From: a virus
Taxonomy: Duplodnaviria; Heunggongvirae; Uroviricota; Caudoviricetes
Length of the DNA stretch: 64,000 bases
IMG/VR virus record: IMGVR_UViG_3300049049_000146
Location: 291,216-355,215 of that record
Strand: one strand, 5' to 3'
Shown here: piece after piece, positions 58,562-64,000 of the stretch
How positions within the stretch are numbered: the stretch's first letter is position 1
How the letters are laid out: each line of letters opens with the position of its first letter
The notes under the pieces: model-generated
Database searches by the model: none
Told to the model about the DNA's origin: nothing
What the model saw: only the letters and a program-made list of their open reading frames with translations
Translations under genes and position numbers: made by a program

Positions 58562-58598
58562 AGGCAGGAGAGCTTCGGCTCTCTTGCCTTTTCCTTTT
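58562..58598 (+). terminator. Intrinsic terminator after the MCP
   Basis: AGGCAGGAGAGC-TTCG-GCTCTCTTGCCT plus TTTCCTTTT. Confidence 0.88.
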
Positions 58599-58666
58599 AA
58601 GCCCTAAGAACACCTAAACGAGCGCTCGAACGACGCTATTTGATAGCATCTGAGGAGTGTGCGTTC

Positions 58667-59080
58667 ATGCGACCTGATATTCAAGAGCGGCTCATCCGCG
58701 TCGGTCGGAACATGGATCGCCTTGCCCATATCGAGCGCATCTACAAGGATGCCGCGGGCGAGAATCCACGAGAAGTCGTTGCTAACGCTGCTGTGGTAGC
58801 TGCTGAAATCGTCGCCGCCTACACAGGGAACATCGAGGACGTGGGAGCAATCCACAGAGCGTACGAAGAGATCTTCGCAGCGCTAGAGGCTTCCCCAGCC
58901 ATCCAGGAAATGTTCTCGTGGGCGAAGACGGCATCGTTTAACAACGACGAAGTGTCTTCGAAGATTGCGGATTTCCGCGTACGTATGAACCTGAAGTCAG
59001 CGGCCAAGCCATGCGCCTGCGGTCACGGTGACTGTGAAGATTGCGCAGACTGCGCAGGAGAGGGCTGCCCCGATGAGTGA
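58667..59080 (+). CDS. Putative internal head protein with Cys-rich tail
   Basis: GAGGAG RBS; ends CACGHGDCEDCADCAGEGC. Confidence 0.6.
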   Translation: MRPDIQERLIRVGRNMDRLAHIERIYKDAAGENPREVVANAAVVAAEIVAAYTGNIEDVGAIHRAYEEIFAALEASPAIQEMFSWAKTASFNNDEVSSKIADFRVRMNLKSAAKPCACGHGDCEDCADCAGEGCPDE

Positions 59081-59741
59081 CATCTACGAACGCTTGATGG
59101 TACTTGCGGGCCGTGCTCGTAAGAAGAAGTACGAGAGCGACGTCGAGAACGCCTACGACGAATTGCTTGAGTACACGACCGACGAGACTGATTACTCGAT
59201 CAACGACAAGGTTCATCGCATGTTGAAGCGCATCAAGTACGCGCTTCAGGCGGAGGGCTACAAGTTCGTTGCGAAGGCCACGCCTTCTCCGAAGGACATT
59301 TCATCCAATACGGCCCTACCGAACTCGTCGTCAGACGGAATGAACCCTCAGCACATTCAGTGTAAGGGTAGTCTGTTCACGCTATTCAAGGCAAAGGCAC
59401 CTGCTTCCGTTGATCACGAGAGCTACTTCAAGCTCCGGGAGATCTTCGATAAGCAGTGCTACAAGTTCGATCTTTCGCCAGCCGAAGGCCGCGAGAAGCG
59501 AAACAACGGACGCAACATCGTTCTGCCTAAGCCCATCACGTGGGCAAAGCTTCAGAGCGAAGGTCTCGTTATTCAGTCGATGTTCAACAGCACCGGCAAG
59601 CTTCTACTGGAGGAATTCCGTGCTGACGGTGTGTCGGCGTATACGTACGACCGCCAGTGCTTCTACGTGGCGAATGCGGGTATGTGCCGTCGCTGGGTCA
59701 AGGCAATCGACACGATGATTGCTGAGTGCGTGGAGCGTTGA
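59073..59741 (+). CDS. Hypothetical protein (putative internal head)
   Basis: ATG 59073, MSDIYERLMVLA... Confidence 0.6.
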   Translation: MSDIYERLMVLAGRARKKKYESDVENAYDELLEYTTDETDYSINDKVHRMLKRIKYALQAEGYKFVAKATPSPKDISSNTALPNSSSDGMNPQHIQCKGSLFTLFKAKAPASVDHESYFKLREIFDKQCYKFDLSPAEGREKRNNGRNIVLPKPITWAKLQSEGLVIQSMFNSTGKLLLEEFRADGVSAYTYDRQCFYVANAGMCRRWVKAIDTMIAECVER

Positions 59742-59744
59742 ATT

Positions 59745-61175
59745 ATGCTTCGCTTCTTGGTCAAGGCGGACAATATCACCGACATTGCGTCGGCTGAGCG
59801 TGTCCTGTCAAAATACAAGAACGAAGACGTTCACATGCGTGTGGACGCCCAGTCGTTCGACGCAACGCTGATTGACGCCCGCGTCGCCAGCGGCATTCTG
59901 CATATCAAATTCTCGTGGAAGACGAACGGGTCTAACAGCAACCTGACGGATATCGCCAGTAAGGTGCGCTTGCTTGAAAGCTCCATCGGGAAGATGGTAC
60001 GCTTTCAGGTGAATTCCGATTCGTTCATGGGCCTGCTGACGAATACTACGAAGCCGCCTACCGGATTCACGCCAGATCAGTACGTGGATTCGCCGTTTGT
60101 GATTAGCTTCAGCTTCAACGAACAGGACCAAACCGTCACTGCTGGTGCGGGTGAGTCCTCAATCATCGGCCTCAGCATCCCCAAGAACATCCAGGACATG
60201 CTCCCGTTCGATCCTGAACTGGAGTACCCTCCTCACATTACGGTCTGCTACTTCCCGAAGCTGGAAGCCAACAAGCTTGAGGCTGTCGTTGACAAGGTGC
60301 GGGAAGTCTCCGAGAACTTTGGATCGTTCAAGGTCACGCTCGACGGCAAGACGACAAGCTTCCCGAATCCTGGGGACGATGGGAAGTATCCTTACGTCGC
60401 TCTAGTGAACTGCCCCATGCTCCAGAAGTTTCACTCGACTCTAGTCGAGGCACTGGAGGATTCTTTTCCGGGCCTGGTAGACACCAAGTTCGCCTACAAG
60501 AACTACAAGCCGCACGCCACGCTCAGCTACGTTGAGGAGCCCCTCCGTGCTCCTATCAAGCCCGTCGCGTGGACCGTCGACAAACTCTACCTCCACTACA
60601 AGAGCACGGACAAAATCCCGATTACGCTGCAAAAGAAGCACGTAGCGAAGACCGAGGGAGAAGTTCCGTACATCCAGTTCGAGAACAGTAGAATTCCGAT
60701 CACGATCGCGGAGTCCGATCAGAACAAGATCGTTTTCCGTCTGAGCAACTCCTCTGACGCTCCAAAGGCCGCAAAGCTTGAGGGCATGGAAGTAATGCTC
60801 GGCACACGGGACGGCGATCGACGCATCGAGATTATGGACCTCGACGAGAACGGAAATAACGAGTACACGGCGACATTCCGGGTACTCAATACACACGTTC
60901 CGATTACGACTGCGTCTACGCTGCGTTATGTCGCTGCTGTGGCGGAGAGTCGTGGTCTGTTAGGTGTCGCTGAGAAGATCGCGAAGTTCTTGGACTTCTC
61001 AACGCCAGCGCCTACTGAAGAATGCGGAGACGAGGGCGAAGACAAGGAAGCTCTGGGCCCTGGTTTCGAAGGAACTGACCCACGAATCGTTACTTACGTC
61101 AAGTCACCACAGACTCAGCAGAGCGTCGAAGAGCCTAAAAATCCGAAGAGCTTACCTCTTCACGAACGAATTTGA
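59745..61175 (+). CDS. Multidomain protein with central 2H phosphoesterase domain
   Basis: Two HxT motifs, PPHITVCY and YKPHATLSY, about 93 aa apart. Confidence 0.82.
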   Translation: MLRFLVKADNITDIASAERVLSKYKNEDVHMRVDAQSFDATLIDARVASGILHIKFSWKTNGSNSNLTDIASKVRLLESSIGKMVRFQVNSDSFMGLLTNTTKPPTGFTPDQYVDSPFVISFSFNEQDQTVTAGAGESSIIGLSIPKNIQDMLPFDPELEYPPHITVCYFPKLEANKLEAVVDKVREVSENFGSFKVTLDGKTTSFPNPGDDGKYPYVALVNCPMLQKFHSTLVEALEDSFPGLVDTKFAYKNYKPHATLSYVEEPLRAPIKPVAWTVDKLYLHYKSTDKIPITLQKKHVAKTEGEVPYIQFENSRIPITIAESDQNKIVFRLSNSSDAPKAAKLEGMEVMLGTRDGDRRIEIMDLDENGNNEYTATFRVLNTHVPITTASTLRYVAAVAESRGLLGVAEKIAKFLDFSTPAPTEECGDEGEDKEALGPGFEGTDPRIVTYVKSPQTQQSVEEPKNPKSLPLHERI

Positions 61176-61186
61176 GCGGGGATCTC

Positions 61187-61678
61187 ATGAAGAAGACGGT
61201 GTTTGATTCAGACGAAGAGCGCATGCTCCGCACTGCGAATAAGCTTCGCGGACTGGTTCGTGCGCAGGTGAAGAAGGAAGCAATCGCTCCCGCTCTTGCT
61301 GCGGTAGCACGTGCAATTATCCCTGCCCTTCGCTCTCTCGGGCCGAAGATTGTGCAGGTGTTGCAGAGCATTCCACCTGAGGCGTGGCAGCAGATTGGCC
61401 AGCTAATTGTGACGATGCTTCAGTCGCAGCTTGGCGGCGGTGAAGGCGGGGCCGGAGCGCCTGCGAAGGCCGCGTCCGTGAATCCTTCCGACAAGGCGAT
61501 CGAGAAGATTGCGGAGATTCTGGAAAAGAAGGGCTTCCCCGAGCCACAGCGCGTCGCGACGATTCTCGTCACGGCTACTGAGGTCGAGACGGAGCAGAAG
61601 ACTCCTGCTATCCTTGAAGCTTCCGCGGCTGTAGAGGAAATGATTCGTCAGCTGCGCATCCTTAAGGAGTACGCGTAA
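61187..61678 (+). CDS. Hypothetical protein (putative internal head)
   Basis: Helical, Ala-rich; the start may be TTG 61172. Confidence 0.6.
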   Translation: MKKTVFDSDEERMLRTANKLRGLVRAQVKKEAIAPALAAVARAIIPALRSLGPKIVQVLQSIPPEAWQQIGQLIVTMLQSQLGGGEGGAGAPAKAASVNPSDKAIEKIAEILEKKGFPEPQRVATILVTATEVETEQKTPAILEASAAVEEMIRQLRILKEYA

Positions 61679-62487
61679 TGGAAGTCCTCCCCCTCGATCA
61701 GCAGAAGAAGGCCATCCTCTTCGCGCCGAAGGAACTTCTTTGGAAGATCGTGGAGGATGAGCAGGCGTGGGTTTCTCTTTTCCGCGCTCTGCCTGATGAA
61801 TACTACTCTCAGTTCCTTGCGCTCTGCAGGCGAAATCACGTCAAAGACCCAGGTAAGATTCGCTCGTTTGCCCAGTCTTACGTGAAGAACAAGGTCCGGT
61901 ACGACCACCTGCAGAAGGCAGTCACCGATAGCTGGAATCCAGAGAATCTGGAGGAGGCTACCTCCTGGCTCAAGGAGAATGGGTTCCTCAACCGTCCACT
62001 GATGCCGCTGAATCTGGCAGCGATGGTTCGGGAGGCAGCCACGACTCCACGCGCCACTCGTGAGCGCCTCGCTCGTGCGGCGAACAACGAAAGCCCTAAG
62101 CTCGGGCGCCCTCCGGAGGGTGCGTCCCCCGAGGGCACCAAGGCGTGGAATCGTGTGATGCGCGATAAGAAGCGCCGCAAGATGATCCTCAAGCCTAAGT
62201 CCGTGGGTGATCAGTGGGCGCTTGCTATGAAGTTCTGGCTGTCGGAGTGCGCAGAGAAGTGCGCCCCGGCGTACAAGAGCAATAGCAGCGGAAGCTCTAC
62301 GTCCCATCACGGCAAGAGCACGGTTCAGCGCGCTATTCGCGAGTTGGCTTCCGGCCTTGCGTATGACGGATATACGATGTCCAGGCCCGCTTCCCGTGCG
62401 TACAAGACACTGTGGGAGCAGCTGAAGGCGGACGGCTATGACCTCGGTGAATGGTCGCCCCTCAAGCCTAAGAGGAGAGTCAAGTGA
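61678..62487 (+). CDS. Hypothetical protein
   Basis: 269 aa, AAGGAG RBS, TAATG overlap. Confidence 0.65.
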   Translation: MEVLPLDQQKKAILFAPKELLWKIVEDEQAWVSLFRALPDEYYSQFLALCRRNHVKDPGKIRSFAQSYVKNKVRYDHLQKAVTDSWNPENLEEATSWLKENGFLNRPLMPLNLAAMVREAATTPRATRERLARAANNESPKLGRPPEGASPEGTKAWNRVMRDKKRRKMILKPKSVGDQWALAMKFWLSECAEKCAPAYKSNSSGSSTSHHGKSTVQRAIRELASGLAYDGYTMSRPASRAYKTLWEQLKADGYDLGEWSPLKPKRRVK

Positions 62488-63938
62488 TGTCTGCACGTGA
62501 ACGGCTTGAGAAGAAGGCAATTGAATTCCAGAAGCTGGCTCAGGAGCTTCTGAATGCCGACGAAGTAAAGATCGCGTCCCTCGGATCGAAGGTTGACGAC
62601 GCGGCTATGTTTGACCGCGATCTCTCAACGATTCTTTCGATTCTTTGGGCGCACGATACACTCGCGCCATCTACCGGGAATCTTCAGAAGTCACCTGTTC
62701 GCTTCCTCAAGATCCTTGCTGAGGAGCTTCAGGGTAACCGCGGATTCAAACTGAATTCGTTCACGAACCGCCTGAAGCACATTGAGCAGGCGTCAGGCGG
62801 AACTTTCCGTCGTAAGGAGCCCTCGGCCTACGGCGGCGGTGACGTGCACGCTCTTGATAAGCCGCTGCGCCGCCTCCGCGAGATGTTCTACGAGATCGGC
62901 ATGCACGAGGCCGGTCACGAAAGCGCAGCGGACGGGAAGAAGGTTACACAGCTTTCTGGTCAGGATCTTGTCAAGCTTCTTGAGAACCTCATCGTTGTCA
63001 TCAAGACGCTTGAAACTGACGGGCTCAAGTACGAAATCAATGATCAGGGCGAACGTGTGTCGAAGGAACGCACCAAGCGCCTCGATGAGATGTTCGATAA
63101 GCTCGCCGCGCAGCTGAACAAGAAGATTGGTTCTTCGACAGAAGGAACGATTGTCCGTCTCCTGCACATTCACACAGCAGGGCTGGAGCAGGAATTCGGT
63201 GACAATTCCTACGCTGTTGCAATCGACGCGGTGCCGAAGCTTGTTGAGATCGTAAAGTCGGCCCTTCCCGATCCAGACAAGTGGAATCCGACCGAAGAGT
63301 ACCACAAGGTCGATTCCATTGTGCCCGAGCCTCCTGTGGAGTCCGCCTCGTTGCTTGAGGAATACAATCAGGAGTATGAGGCGATCTCAGAGATCGCCTT
63401 GGCTTCGAAGAGCGGCAACGACATCGTTCGCGTTGTGCGCCTTCCGTTTACCCCCGGGGACCTCGACAAGGACGCATTCGCTACGCTGGAGCTTGTGAAG
63501 GACGAGCCCATCGGGCGTAACATCTCTCGGACGGTCATCGAGGGGATGAACAAGCTCAGATTCTCTGGATTCGTAGAATTCGATCAGCATTACCGTATGA
63601 TGATCGTCTGGGCAATTGCTGATGACCAGCAAGTCGACGAACTCGGACAGTCATACAGAGATATGCTCATCAAGGTGCTCACCCACTACTCAGGTAAGTT
63701 CACCGACGTAACTGGGCAGAAGCCCGAAGTTCGTAAGACGAAGAGCGGCGCAGCCTACTACTTCCCGAAGCCCACCAGCGTGCCTGTGCTGGTCAAGAAT
63801 TTCGAGAAGTTCACGAACCTCTTGGGACAGATCAACAATACGATCGTTACCCAGGAAGTGAACCGCGGATTTACACGTCAGTTCAACCGCACTCTTAGCA
63901 ACGAAGAACTTCCTAGCTACGTAGAGGAGAGTGCTTGA
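62487..63938 (+). CDS. Hypothetical protein (putative internal head)
   Basis: About 483 aa, AGGAG RBS. Confidence 0.65.
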   Translation: MSARERLEKKAIEFQKLAQELLNADEVKIASLGSKVDDAAMFDRDLSTILSILWAHDTLAPSTGNLQKSPVRFLKILAEELQGNRGFKLNSFTNRLKHIEQASGGTFRRKEPSAYGGGDVHALDKPLRRLREMFYEIGMHEAGHESAADGKKVTQLSGQDLVKLLENLIVVIKTLETDGLKYEINDQGERVSKERTKRLDEMFDKLAAQLNKKIGSSTEGTIVRLLHIHTAGLEQEFGDNSYAVAIDAVPKLVEIVKSALPDPDKWNPTEEYHKVDSIVPEPPVESASLLEEYNQEYEAISEIALASKSGNDIVRVVRLPFTPGDLDKDAFATLELVKDEPIGRNISRTVIEGMNKLRFSGFVEFDQHYRMMIVWAIADDQQVDELGQSYRDMLIKVLTHYSGKFTDVTGQKPEVRKTKSGAAYYFPKPTSVPVLVKNFEKFTNLLGQINNTIVTQEVNRGFTRQFNRTLSNEELPSYVEESA

Positions 63939-64000
63939 TGTACCTCAGAATTCGCAAAGAGGTTGGCTTCGTCAACATCAATATCGTAACCACGACAGCG
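63938..64000 (+). CDS. Start of the next gene (partial)
   Basis: GAGGAG RBS, TGATG overlap, MYLRIRKEVGFVNINIVTTTA... Confidence 0.5.
   Translation, partial: MYLRIRKEVGFVNINIVTTTA

Noticed and set aside
1-64000. Stop-codon reassignment suggested by the phage release factor
   Set aside because: TGA, TAA and TAG all end well-defined genes, and code 11 gives dense, unfragmented ORFs.

Overview
This window looks like a 64 kb segment of a large (jumbo-type) tailed dsDNA phage with a contractile tail. It is densely coded, uses the standard genetic code, and I saw no tRNA, rRNA, CRISPR array or integrase. Positions 1-9.7 kb (minus strand) hold baseplate/tail genes: J-like, gp25-like, spike-like, and a hub fused to an M23 peptidase. 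Positions 9.8-26.6 kb (minus) hold replication, recombination, transcription and nucleotide genes: Mre11/SbcD nuclease, RecA, a degenerate type IA topoisomerase, gp32-like SSB, sigma70 factor, SWIM protein, TIGR02757-like protein, class I RNR, PD-(D/E)xK nuclease and primase. Positions 26.6-38.6 kb mix virion/neck, lysis-like and accessory genes, including RuvC, an HNH endonuclease and a release factor. Positions 39-64 kb (plus) are the head module: terminase, portal, prohead protease, scaffold, decoration protein, an inserted fibre-like cassette, major capsid protein and putative internal head proteins. The best-supported unusual signal is a 228-aa class I release factor with an RF1-like scaffold and no domain 1. 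The ORF track only sees its 3' part because it needs a prfB-type +1 programmed frameshift (GGAGG-GGT-CTT-TGA-C), located at a position not homologous to the prfB site. The second signal is a set of head-module proteins sharing an N-terminal 'RL..LA' helix and K/R-x-A-S/A motifs. It includes a Kazal-domain protein and a 2H-phosphoesterase (Acb1-like) protein, which suggests protease-released capsid cargo. All product calls come from motif recognition by eye; no database search was run.
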